The position numbers were made by a program, and so were the translations under genes. The notes beneath the pieces were generated by a model. That model was not told where the DNA came from. It did not search any database and was given only the letters and a program-made list of their open reading frames with translations. 64,000 nucleotides of DNA, from sequence record MT586120.1. One strand, 5' to 3'. Below, piece after piece: positions 18,001-26,600 of this stretch (position 1 is the stretch's first letter; the number at the start of each line of letters is the position of its first letter).

Positions 18001-21000
18001 ATGAGTTTGGTGATACCGTTAGTACAGTAATACCAGAGGCAATTGGAATTGTTCCTGTTATTGATTACTTGGGCATAAGTACCGACAAGATGCCTTCTAA
18101 GGTATGGGCAATTAAAATTGACTTAAATAAATTCCGAGTTTCAGCAACAAAAGAAGACGCTGATCGGGGTATTTATATCGATATCGTTGATTTTGGTGTG
18201 GGCAACAACCATAAGTTTGGTATGGAAAAGAAATTGGAGAAATCACTCTATACAATTGATGGAGTTATTCAATCCCCAATCGCACAAGCTAACTTAGTAT
18301 ATGAGTTGGATTCATCCACAACAGATAATGATAAGTTATTGCAACTAGTTGGAATATCCTCTATTACTGCTGGAGATATCTTATTAGTTGATGAAGAATA
18401 CATTATCATTGAAGATGTTGGATTTGCTGAGCAGGCTTCTGGTCCAATCTCTAATACTGGATCTATACCACTTATCGAGGTTAAGCGTGGTACTTTAGGA
18501 TCATTATCAACATCACATTCAGCAGGAGCAGAAATGTTCTTATTTAGGGGTTCGTATAATATTGTTGGAAACAACCTCATTTTTACTGAAGCACCAAATG
18601 GTAGTGGTCCACAACAACCAAACCAAAGTAACTTAGTGATTGTGAACTCATCTTTCCAAGGAAGAGTATTCTTACAGCAGAACTACGATAAGATTGCAAT
18701 TTTTGATGATATTAGTTCTGAATTTGATGGAACTACTGAGCAATTCAAATTGACTTCTGGTGGAATAACAACAGGGGGAGTTGAGAATGGTAGTGGAGTA
18801 TTGATAATCAATGATATCTATCAAACACCAACAACTACAAATAATGAGGGTAACAATTATTACTTTACTGATGCCGAAAAGAATATTGTATATTCTTGGA
18901 GTGACCTTGGCGATACTAGCCAATGTTTAGTCGGTGAAATCAGAATAAGTGATTCTGAAGATGAAATTGGTCTATCCAACATAGACTTAAATTCCATTGA
19001 TCAGGAAGCATATTTTAATACCTTAGTTGCGGGTGATGAATACGTAGTTAATGTTAAGTATAGTGAATCTCAGTTTGAGTATCGCGGTAATTATCAAGCA
19101 TCTCTACCAGGAAATACTACCAGATTTGTAGGTGGTTCTGTTATTAGTGGAATTGTAACTACAACTGATGATGTCGTTGATGTTACCATTGTACCAGTTA
19201 TTCCAAAATCAGATGTTGTATTTACCGGCATTAGATCTCCAATCACTGGACTACGTGTTGAATCTGAGTTTGATGTAAATCAAAACCAAATTCCTCGTGG
19301 TGGTCTCATCGTATCCCTCGGATCAACTCCTGGACTGGGTTATGCTCCACTAGTTGATGCTATCTTGGAACCAGAAGTTGTTGGTGGTGAGATTGTCGGT
19401 GTTTACACAGGCAATAACATTGGAGAAACTACGCAAGTTAGATGGGCTGTCTATGACAATGAAACTGGTGAGTTGACTGTTAGTTTCTATGGGAACGCCA
19501 CTACAGCCCAGGAGCCCGTCAGTGGTGCTGTTTACTTTAAGGAGAGTGGTAGGCTATTAGTTACTACACCAGCTTCTCTAAGCGGTCAGAGCATCCTTAC
19601 AGGTGATTTGGTGTCATTGGACGCATTACTATTTGAGTGTAGTTCTGGTGGAGCACCTTCACAGCAGATTTTTCCTGATCGGGACTCTGTATTTACTATT
19701 GAGTCTATTGTTAACGACAATACATTCTCAGTTTCTGTTGGAATATCCACTCTAGATCATACATACATTGCGGGTGGTACATGGCAGAAAGTCCTACCAT
19801 TTGAGTTTGGTCGCCAAGAGTTGAATCCAAGCTTTGTATATCTAAACAACCTGGAATTTGAATGTCCAAGTGGTCAGACTGCTGGTTTGACTACAACTCT
19901 ATTCCCAACAGACACCAATAACTTCCCAGTAATTACTAGGGATGATGGAGCACACTTGAGACTTCAAGTAGGTATTTCAACTCTAGTTCACAACTATGTT
20001 GGTGGCGGTACTATCGGGGAGATTACAAAGAACTCCGTTGGTTCGGGATATAACAGTGTAGTTTCTATTGGAATTACTGAAGCTGGTCATACGGGCGCGG
20101 CTGCGTCTATTCGCGGAATCCCTGGTCCTGGTGGAGAACTACAGATCGTGATTGATGATCCTGGTAGTGGATATGTTGATCCATACATCTGGGCACCATC
20201 ACCAAACTACTTCAATCTACCCATCAAAGGTATTTCACGCAGAGATGGAACAACAGACACTGGTAAAAACTTGTTTGTTACTTGTGAAGTTGGTGGAGCC
20301 ACAACCACTGCTATTGGTAAATCCGAATACTTTGAAGTTATTAATTATGAAATAAGTAACTTGGGTTATGGTTTTATGGAAGGTGATGTTGTAACTGTTG
20401 TTGGACTAGTTACTGATAAGAGTTTATCACAACCAATCGAAGAGTTTCAATTAACAGTATTGGATACATTTACTGACAATTTCTCTTACTGGAATTATGG
20501 TCAGCAAGACTATATTGATAGTATTTCATCATTGCAAGATGGAATCAGAACAAGATTCCCTCTAATCTATAATGGAGAATTATTATCCTTTGAAAAAAAT
20601 CCTTTGGATGAAGATTCTGATGCTATCGATTTAAACTCTATCCTATTAATCTATGTGAATTCTGTACTGCAAGTTCCTGAAGTTGCTTATAGGTTTAATG
20701 GAGGAACATCATTTGAATTTACAGAACCACCTTTACCTGCTGATGATATTGATATCTATTTCTATAGGGGAAATAGAGACCTTGATAGTATTGAGGTCAC
20801 AACAATAACTGAGTCAATCAGACCTGGTGATGATTTACAAATCATGAAGAATGACGTTTATGATTTAAGTAAGACCCAGGATATTAGGTTGGTGACTCAA
20901 ATCAAATCTTCAGATACTGTTAGGACTAACATCTATTCCGGCAATCGTGATTTGGATACTATAAATCCACGCCCTGTTGCTTGGGATAAGCAGAAGAGAG

Positions 21001-22025
21001 ATATCTTCATCTATGGAGAACCAGCATTCAAAACTAGAGATAGTCTTGAGTCTGATATTAGACCTGATGCATCTATTATTTCCCCATTGAATTCATCATC
21101 AATCAACTTGTACATTGATAGCCCACAACTCTTTAGATATGAGCAAGATGTTGATAATAGTGTAGAAGACATATCAAGTTTGGCTGCTAATATTTACGGT
21201 CAATCTGATTTGTTTACCAATACCTCAGACACCTTTGAGGAGGCAGAAATTAAGGCTGTTGTTAACGCAAATGGACAAGTTTCTGATCTTCAGGTTATCA
21301 ATCCAGGTAGAGGTTATCCAACTGATACTCAGATAACAATATCATCTCCGGTTGATGGATCTAGGGCATTCCTAACAAACAAAATTATTATTGGAGGTAC
21401 GATAATCTTCGTATCAACTCAGCCCAGTGGAGTTGGTTCTGGATATGATCCAGCAAATCCCCCAATAGTATTGATTGAGAGACCCGCAATTAAGTATGAG
21501 TCTGGTATTAAGTTTAATGGTGATAATGTACGCGGTTATTCTGCAGCCATTACTCGTATTGTGGGAGCACCAAGTCCAAACTTTTCTGTTCCGTACTTCC
21601 TAAGGTTCTACTTCAACAAGTTAGACGATAGTCAAAATATTAATGATATTTTAGTTGGAGACTACATCGTTACTAGTCAAACTAATATTGGCTCTGGAGT
21701 AAATGCTATAGGGGGCAATCAACTGGATCTTGTGGGCACATCAAATCAGTTCCTAGATTGTGTTTACAAAGTTAGTGGAATCGATGCTTCAACATATGAA
21801 TACATTGACGTAAACGTTACTACAAATGTTTCTGGTATAGATGTATCTGGTGATCTTGGGTATTTCAGCTTTGGTGTTATCAGTAATGTATCCAGACCTA
21901 ACGGCAAAACGTTTGATATTCCAAATCCAGAATATACTAATGATATGGACAACTTCCCAACATTAGTTAGGACTAAAGGTGGTCTTCGTGATAGGGGTGG
22001 ACTCGCAAAGAAAGTTGTAACGTAG
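9081..22025 (+). CDS. g7: Giant baseplate wedge initiator gp7-like protein (4314 aa)
   Basis: N-terminal RVKIQDIVSSQLPEF...FLKQFY.SQE; HSPIIGWANDGNPIYG...FIEDY.Y...GDLDEYNGR; HPAGLKNF; lies between g6 and g8 as in T4-like cyanophages. Confidence 0.82.
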   Translation: MIGTGIDVRVKIQDIVSSQLPEFILSEAPLTDDFLKQFYVSQEFQGGAIDFATNLDQYLDLNNLSSDSLYGTFELTQDISSTDTEVFVNTTKSFPGEWGLLKVNDEIMTYTGITTNSFTGVVRGFSGVTSLHAEGAPEEIVFNATEASSHLSGASVTNLSTLFLKEFYKKLSYTFAPGFEDLDVDSELDVGNWIRQVRSFFQTKGSEESIIILFKVLYGEKPTVIDLEDFLIKPSTAEYSRRDYAVAIPVEGNPIDLKGKTIFQVGSPNVFGAVSEIEAFTRDGRLYYRIYFFVSNEEVLNERKLFTIPGRTQCQREWNPGDTTLTVDTTIGFRDNGEFITADGIVFNYEQRSVNQFLGVTCSVPTKKVLITDEIIDNIIVSGMNDLGEEVTLRLTGVISDINFGDDIPFNFQGEKIRVDTLGESILSNIATRDESTVPEIIANSFVYNTSVRFEVESVNGTSFILSAPYLDKSSIDVGDTVDILPRGGQNAYIIGALVTEVDFVNSTVTINNSFGIPVNQSLDIRRNQKYANSSGARIDYGNNAVLSNVLNLYDGREYDSNYYVATNSLPSYEISANIVESSLVSPTQQSFDDFNSFTGEYSTIIFAGDVNFYTGDLVTYSVSEGATSLTETGEYYVQVLSDRRKVKLFVSPSFIGSENSVGLVYTPDSGSHFFTLESQKTREISTKRIFRKIPVSDSLVAIDRTPEETTPGSIAVLTNGVEIVSYKSPNKVYLGPLERLDVGSRGEGYSVISPPKIYIAEPDVQLYEGGTGSVVPTKATSTPVIKGKLEEILIDPQDFDIKEVFSITVRGGNSRGASAVPIIDKKNRELPFDSRVTTLGGGVNPDDNSILFQSNHNLTEGTALVYNNKGADSIGITLSDNTDFSTGATLSNGGVYYAKILNNRTIQLFETLESLNNGGDPVFLSSNLTGYGFQSFDTLRADRLIGATITDDGGDFFYRNMSFNPSNVFDEYDEIRYVSHGFNSGDIVEYGTTGTVISGMSTQNQYYVYKVNDNVLKLSDAGIGATISSNYDRLEFVDFNSSGTGTHNIKYPDITADVVVSFASSATGTIVASPIIRGSIEQVYTDDGGYYGSDIINFEKNPEVYPIGGSLAKLSPSIVNGIVNFVQIINTGKNYSDCPELVVSDSSGAGTGAKLRAVVVDGEIIDVIIISGGIGYNSASTTIEVLETGRDALIIPRIRDLTINLNSRFGFEVLSQNNYRIVSYNRVLREGVYSDVGNFHSPIIGWANDGNPIYGGFGFSDPQDTNSEIRAMETAYELAPNDVYGRPSQTAYPAGFFIEDYKYVDGGDLDEYNGRYCRTPDFPNGVYAYFAGISPDPQSSAREPQFPYFIGPKFRDSAIDSNSTNVDQSFDLNDKPIFRNTFPYYVGSPVAGSEFIDQSYLFDIQDSIVQSTSPGTIDSISIVGDGKDYSVGDVPLFNSDEDFISATISQVTGIGVSEVRENTLSYSKLDTAVIRLDQKTIRIYVSPNHQYNDNDSVIISGLSTITSTISGSRIVNIDNSAMTLYSPVQPIVNDGVTDIFVNSISQNVSVGSSIEIGNPGETELVSVLNIFPINKALRVYRPVGFNTVANIGDLVSPLPNFFDVNVRTPEFESELDYAYNFNPKQSLSIAPSLGESTSRVYSIGSIDYPISVPAASIYAPNHQFKNLEEVVFTKPANGISLDGLDSNNNPVVVPIIGDSQVLYVHNISKDYIGLRFTPSDEDIIFLTDASDLFTYSIKTNRFVETANLDRIRAEVTTIKPHQLKNNDTVTISVSALNSSGIGTASDVYIQFDEISQSLIVDPKFATSADISTELNLVFIEDHGYILGDYVLYECDGTSISGLTTHSKYFIIPFDTDRFYLAETAIDVKIGSELPIILGSTGSGEHKFSKVNPELNITGNHDILFDVSDPSLLNRELKFFYDQNLTEVFENNGIDPVFVVSGVSSEGTIGATKEIRFSENNPGVIYYGIESGGYISTSDTNAIAYNSIKYVNSVYSTKGTITSEDDNVFSLSLSEKPEVPLYTSTNSLLSYTTSSKNTVGGVGEVRIISSGNNFKTLPEFITIQSETGNNASLRANSSDIGRLSSFRIQNAGWAYSADKTLSPKGIVQPSIKFTNSDFVSSIDVINGGIGYQVNPDVVLIDAITRQTIDNGSLIANTQSSKIVEIEIDVAPSGLSKNPHELYTTNNGNGIPILEIIDIDSTSAEVVFSLQTPIIGYASTPFEIGDQVFIENIFSDSTDSSNLNSSDYGYSFFDVVSVISSNPTIITVKYPESAVDNIYTGIGATNQGAFSSIVNRKNYPEFQVNQTTAVFVIGERLSVIIDGDDRETDLIIEESNTNFFKVSGNYDLLTGDTVRGNVSGIEATVTDIDKSFCRYVVDTVSRTSIGWRDSIGFTNDEFQVTPNNDYYQNLSYSIKSTIGFETLIGPVNRLVHPAGLKNFSDTKIESIGVVGLGTTAITTDPSITIDFIGLTDVSDTPLRVDRINVFDLGYDSNVNNNKTNEIRFNSATPEKRLTNYFEVKTNRVLLIDDISSSFIDSDNLRAQNDFIDFDVITSVYTRGIIQVRNPSTDQVQLSEIISLTYDDNAYTLSKASVYDGNVPHGIFQSTSLTSSDYTLRFIPTEPDTFDMDLKLLTQKFDSNSIGAKELGYVTLGGLARTAPALSSTLVYSAPNNSINAVALQVYVQKASGQPSYYEVYAFVANGEVLSKTYNFTGDPIRESNSPGFDFISILDGGGKIRISVENTDADFLRINTRELEYKATASGENPYRFKKDNIFDGSERGLNLLSEQTVGSTTDSSINVLTLNSELFQTAKLVVYIEGTTIGAIHQVMVANSDGSTYNETYPFITEGDGSGGSGIGTFGATINGSDWNIEFYPDSSFSAQSLTFTTYAEAFYREYDAVNYDPRPLTYQNNEEAYFLEIYNTPLGNRTNKVSFPIQYNGIPVYEKGFDPIAVIDDSSDVISLNNHFFSDSEELYYEFGDTVSTVIPEAIGIVPVIDYLGISTDKMPSKVWAIKIDLNKFRVSATKEDADRGIYIDIVDFGVGNNHKFGMEKKLEKSLYTIDGVIQSPIAQANLVYELDSSTTDNDKLLQLVGISSITAGDILLVDEEYIIIEDVGFAEQASGPISNTGSIPLIEVKRGTLGSLSTSHSAGAEMFLFRGSYNIVGNNLIFTEAPNGSGPQQPNQSNLVIVNSSFQGRVFLQQNYDKIAIFDDISSEFDGTTEQFKLTSGGITTGGVENGSGVLIINDIYQTPTTTNNEGNNYYFTDAEKNIVYSWSDLGDTSQCLVGEIRISDSEDEIGLSNIDLNSIDQEAYFNTLVAGDEYVVNVKYSESQFEYRGNYQASLPGNTTRFVGGSVISGIVTTTDDVVDVTIVPVIPKSDVVFTGIRSPITGLRVESEFDVNQNQIPRGGLIVSLGSTPGLGYAPLVDAILEPEVVGGEIVGVYTGNNIGETTQVRWAVYDNETGELTVSFYGNATTAQEPVSGAVYFKESGRLLVTTPASLSGQSILTGDLVSLDALLFECSSGGAPSQQIFPDRDSVFTIESIVNDNTFSVSVGISTLDHTYIAGGTWQKVLPFEFGRQELNPSFVYLNNLEFECPSGQTAGLTTTLFPTDTNNFPVITRDDGAHLRLQVGISTLVHNYVGGGTIGEITKNSVGSGYNSVVSIGITEAGHTGAAASIRGIPGPGGELQIVIDDPGSGYVDPYIWAPSPNYFNLPIKGISRRDGTTDTGKNLFVTCEVGGATTTAIGKSEYFEVINYEISNLGYGFMEGDVVTVVGLVTDKSLSQPIEEFQLTVLDTFTDNFSYWNYGQQDYIDSISSLQDGIRTRFPLIYNGELLSFEKNPLDEDSDAIDLNSILLIYVNSVLQVPEVAYRFNGGTSFEFTEPPLPADDIDIYFYRGNRDLDSIEVTTITESIRPGDDLQIMKNDVYDLSKTQDIRLVTQIKSSDTVRTNIYSGNRDLDTINPRPVAWDKQKRDIFIYGEPAFKTRDSLESDIRPDASIISPLNSSSINLYIDSPQLFRYEQDVDNSVEDISSLAANIYGQSDLFTNTSDTFEEAEIKAVVNANGQVSDLQVINPGRGYPTDTQITISSPVDGSRAFLTNKIIIGGTIIFVSTQPSGVGSGYDPANPPIVLIERPAIKYESGIKFNGDNVRGYSAAITRIVGAPSPNFSVPYFLRFYFNKLDDSQNINDILVGDYIVTSQTNIGSGVNAIGGNQLDLVGTSNQFLDCVYKVSGIDASTYEYIDVNVTTNVSGIDVSGDLGYFSFGVISNVSRPNGKTFDIPNPEYTNDMDNFPTLVRTKGGLRDRGGLAKKVVT

Positions 22026-22047
22026 AATTTGGTATTATTGAATGGAG

Positions 22048-22055
22048 TATAAATA
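22048..22055 (+). promoter_or_regulatory. Late promoter of g8
   Basis: TATAAATA. Confidence 0.7.
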
Positions 22056-22091
22056 TAACTAAAGGTATTTGTATCACCACTAAATTATACC

Positions 22092-23636
22092 ATGGCTGCT
22101 TTAATTACTGATGAATTTAGGCTATTTAATGCTGATAACTTCATCGAATCCGTAACTGACCCAGATAATTCATATTATATCTTTGTTGGTCTTCCCAATC
22201 CCGTTGGTGAGGGCTATGGTCGTTCCGAAGATTGGAACAACGACCCCCTAGCCCCCATCGACAATTTTTCATATATCCGCAGTTGTTATGACTGGATGAT
22301 GTATGGTCGCCGTATTACTCCGGGTAATATCCGTAGGGTGATTCGTCGTGTTGATTGGACTAAAGGGACTAGATACGATCAGTATAGGGATGATTATAGC
22401 GTATATAACGTTTCTCCTAATAGTGGATCTACTAGACTTTATGATACAAATTACTATGTTCTAAATAGTGATTTCCGTGTTTATGAGTGCTTGAGTAATG
22501 GTTCCAGTGGTGATAATCCAAAAGGTAATGGTTCTGAAGATGAGCCAAATTTCGTAGACACAGAGCCATCAGCAGCCGGTTCTAGTGGAGACGGATATAT
22601 TTGGAAGTATCTATTTACGGTTTCTCCTGCCGACGTTATTAAGTTTGATAGTACTGAATTTATTACAGTACCTAGCGATTGGTTGACTACGGATTCCCCA
22701 CAGATTGTTTCTATTAGAGAGAGTGGTGATTCTACGATTAATGATGCTCAATTAAAGCAGATTTATATTGATAAGCGTGGTTCTGGCTACAGTGGTGGTG
22801 CTGGGCAAGAACTTCCCATCTTAGGTGATGGTACTGGTGCTAGGGCAGTGGTTGATGTTAATTCAGGTCAGATTACCAAGGCACTTGTTTCTAAAGGTGG
22901 TAAGGGCTATACCTGGGGTCTGGTTGACTTAGGTTCAATTAATACTAGTGCATCTGAAGCAGCTAAGTTAGACGTTATAGTTCCACCATCAATTGGTCAT
23001 GGCTTTGATATCTATCAGGAGTTAGGTACTGATAGAGTTCTTGTGTATGCTAGATTTGATGATTCAACACAAGATTTTCCCATCGATACACAGTTTGCTC
23101 AAATTGGTATTTTGAGAAATCCAACTATTAATGACTCTATTACAGTATTTACAGAAAATACATTTACGGCTGCAGATTCTCTTAAGTTAACTCCATCATA
23201 TAATGGAACTCTTGATGTTGGTGATGTTATTGAGCAATCAACAGTTGATGGTATTGCTAGAGGCTATGTAATTTCATTCAATCCCGATACACAAGTTATC
23301 AAGTATACTCAGGATAGGTCATTATATTATAATCCACCTGGCAAAACTAATACCGATTATGTTGGAATTTCAACTAATGGTAACCAAGTTAGCTTTATCT
23401 CAAATAGTAATAACATCACAGGTCCAGGATTCTCTGGTGCATTAGACACATCCTTTACTGGATCAACTTTGACTGTTGGTAATAGAGCAGTTGAATTGGG
23501 TGTTGAGTTCACAAAAGGCGTTGCTAGAAGTGAGATAAATAAACCTAGCGGAGAGATTTTATATCTCGACAACCGTCCTTTGGTGACACGTAACCCACGC
23601 CAAAAAGAAGACGTTAAGATCATCTTGGAATTCTAA
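22092..23636 (+). CDS. g8: Baseplate wedge subunit gp8
   Basis: AALITDEFRLFNA.NF; RRVDWTKGTRYD.YR; DGYIWKYLFT; C-terminal RNPRQKEDVKIILEF. Confidence 0.9.
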   Translation: MAALITDEFRLFNADNFIESVTDPDNSYYIFVGLPNPVGEGYGRSEDWNNDPLAPIDNFSYIRSCYDWMMYGRRITPGNIRRVIRRVDWTKGTRYDQYRDDYSVYNVSPNSGSTRLYDTNYYVLNSDFRVYECLSNGSSGDNPKGNGSEDEPNFVDTEPSAAGSSGDGYIWKYLFTVSPADVIKFDSTEFITVPSDWLTTDSPQIVSIRESGDSTINDAQLKQIYIDKRGSGYSGGAGQELPILGDGTGARAVVDVNSGQITKALVSKGGKGYTWGLVDLGSINTSASEAAKLDVIVPPSIGHGFDIYQELGTDRVLVYARFDDSTQDFPIDTQFAQIGILRNPTINDSITVFTENTFTAADSLKLTPSYNGTLDVGDVIEQSTVDGIARGYVISFNPDTQVIKYTQDRSLYYNPPGKTNTDYVGISTNGNQVSFISNSNNITGPGFSGALDTSFTGSTLTVGNRAVELGVEFTKGVARSEINKPSGEILYLDNRPLVTRNPRQKEDVKIILEF

Positions 23637-23639
23637 ACA

Positions 23640-26600
23640 ATGTCTCAGATCAATCTAGATACCAGCCCATACTTTGACGATTTTGATGCTGATAAGGATT
23701 ATTATAAAGTCCTTTTTAAGCCAGGATTTCCTGTACAGGCACGTGAGTTAACTACTTTACAGTCAATCTTACAAAATCAAATTAGTACTTTTGGAGAGCA
23801 CTTCTTCAAAGAAGGTTCTATGGTGATTCCTGGTGGAATTACATACAATCCCCAATATACTGCTGTTATTCTTGAAGCGCAGCAAGGTGGTATTGACGTA
23901 TCCTTGTATCTAGATCAACTGGTTGGTAAATCAATTCGAGGTGAAGTAACAGGAGTTCGTGCTAAAGTTATTGGATATGCTCTTCCCCCACAAGATGCTA
24001 TAACAAATCCAACTATCTTTGTTACGTATACTGATAGTGGAAATGATGATACTACCGTATTTTTCACAACAAATGAGTCATTGCTATTAGATCAAGCAAT
24101 TGTATATGGAAATACTACAATTACTGCAAATAGTATTTTTGCAACTACTGTTTCTACAGATGCTACTGCGGTTGGTTCCGCTGCAGAGATTGCTGAGGGT
24201 GTATATTTCCTAAGAGGAACGTTTGTACAGGTTGCTAAATCATCTATTGTACTTGAGCCATATGTAAATACTCCATCATATAGAGTTGGTCTTCAAATTA
24301 CCGAACAGATTGTTACTGCGGGTCAAGATAATACTTTATATGATAACGCTAAAGGATTTAATAATTTCTCAGCACCTGGTGCAGATAGATTAAAAATTAC
24401 TCTCAAGTTAATTAAAAAACCTTTAAATGATTATAATGACTCAAACTTTGTTGAGTTATTGAGAGTTGATTTTGGTGAGGTTAAAAAGCTAGAAGAAAAT
24501 AGTAACTATAATATTATTAAGGAGTATATTGCTGGTAGAACTTTTGATGAATCTGGTGATTATGTAATTAATGGCTTCCAACTAACTGCCGATGACTCAT
24601 TAAATGATAATATGGGTAATGGCGGTATCTATAATGCCGAGCAGACTACTGAAGGTGGTAGCAAGCCCTCAGAAGATTTGGCTATTCTAAAAGTGTCTTC
24701 TGGTAAGGCATATGTTCGTGGTTTCGACATTAAGAACCCAGGAACTGTTAATATTGATGCGCCCAAAGCACGTACAACTGAAACCCAAACAAGTACTGGC
24801 GTTCCATTTGAAATGGGCAGTAAGTATTTTGTAAATAATGTTACTAGCACACCTGTAGTTGGATTGGATATTGCTGATAATATCATTCAACTTTATAGTG
24901 GTCGTCTAGATGACTCTAAAGAGCCTACAGGGGACTTAATTGGTGAGGCGCGTGTATATAGCTATTCTTTGGAAGATGCGCCTTATACTTCTCCTGCTAC
25001 CCCTTGGAACCTGTATCTATATGATTTCCAAATATTTACTAAAATTAACTTAAACCGAGATGTTACCAGTCTGCTGTTAGCAGGATATAGAGTTCGTGGT
25101 CTAAGTTCAGGTGCAACTGGATTTGTTAGGACAGTTTCTAGTGATAGTGCAACTCTAACTGAAGTTAGTGGTGAGTTTATTATTGGTGAAAGAATTTCTA
25201 TTAACGGTTCTAGTATCGAATCTATTTCGATTGCATCATTAACAATCAATAAGCAAAATCAAGTAAAGTCTGTAAAGCAAAACACAAGTTCATTAGACCC
25301 AAATATTGCAGTAGATTTTAGTGCGGATACTAGATTATATGCAAGAGTTGCTAGAAATTTTGCACCTAGCGATACATTTAGTATTGATACTTCAGGTTTC
25401 GTTACTTGTGCCGGAAGATCATTCGACTCATTTAAGGTTGGTGATATTGTTGTTTGGCAAGATTCTACCAATGCCACATTAGTTTACAATGAAGTATTGT
25501 TTCTACTCCCCAATGATTTGGGTATGAATGTTGGACCTGTTTCTAATGTTGCTGGTGTTGCAGCTGGCACTTTACCAACTAGTGATTTGACTGGTGTGAA
25601 TTTACGTGCAACTGAATCACGTGTTCTTAATACTGAAAATTCAGCTCTATACGTAGAGATGGAGAAGGAAAATATTGCTAAGGTAAATCTAGATTCTTCA
25701 CAACTATACTTTACTACACAGATTACTCAACAGGCTACTGTTGGATCTACACTCACTCTTAATAGAACATTGACGGGTGTAAATGATGCATTATTTACAT
25801 CATTTGATCAGGAAAGATATTCAATAGTATATAACGATGGCACAACCGAGACTATTGGATCTGAGCAAGTCTCTTTATCGGCAGATAGTACTGTTATTAC
25901 ATTCACTGGATTATCTAAGATAAATGAGATTGGAATTACTGTAAATGTAACAGCAATCAAACCTTCTATTAAATCAAAAACAAAGGTTTTACTTAAGAGC
26001 CAATTACTACTAGTTGATAAAATTAGTCCCAATCTACCAGCTGATTTTGGATTAACTTCTAATGAATTCTATGGATTGCGAGTTGATGATGAGGAAATCT
26101 CATTAAACGTTGCTGATGTTGAGTCTATCAGTGCTGTATATGAATCACTTGATGGTGGTGATCCCGTTTTAGATGTATTAGGTTTTGTTAATGGTCTATC
26201 ATTAGATGCAAATACTGTTAAAGGTGAATTGATCTTGGGTTCTGTAAGCGGAACCGTTGCTAAGATGGTAGATACTACCTCACCCTCAAATGTTAGGATT
26301 GTATATTTCGGTCAATCCCGTTTTGAGGTTGGGGAGGAAGTTATTTTCTCTGAGTCAAACATAAAGACAAATTTGCAGGTAGTGCAGCCAGGTAATTATA
26401 ATGATATTACCTCAAAATATACATTAGATAAGGGTCAAAGAGAGCAGTTCTACGACTTCTCCAGATTGATTAGAAATGGAAATGCAGCAGCTCCAAATAA
26501 AAAGCTATTGATTGTATTCGATCAGTTTGGAGTACCTGCTGATGATAATGGTGATTTCTATACAGCAAACTCATATGTAGAGGAAATCTTTGCTACTGGT

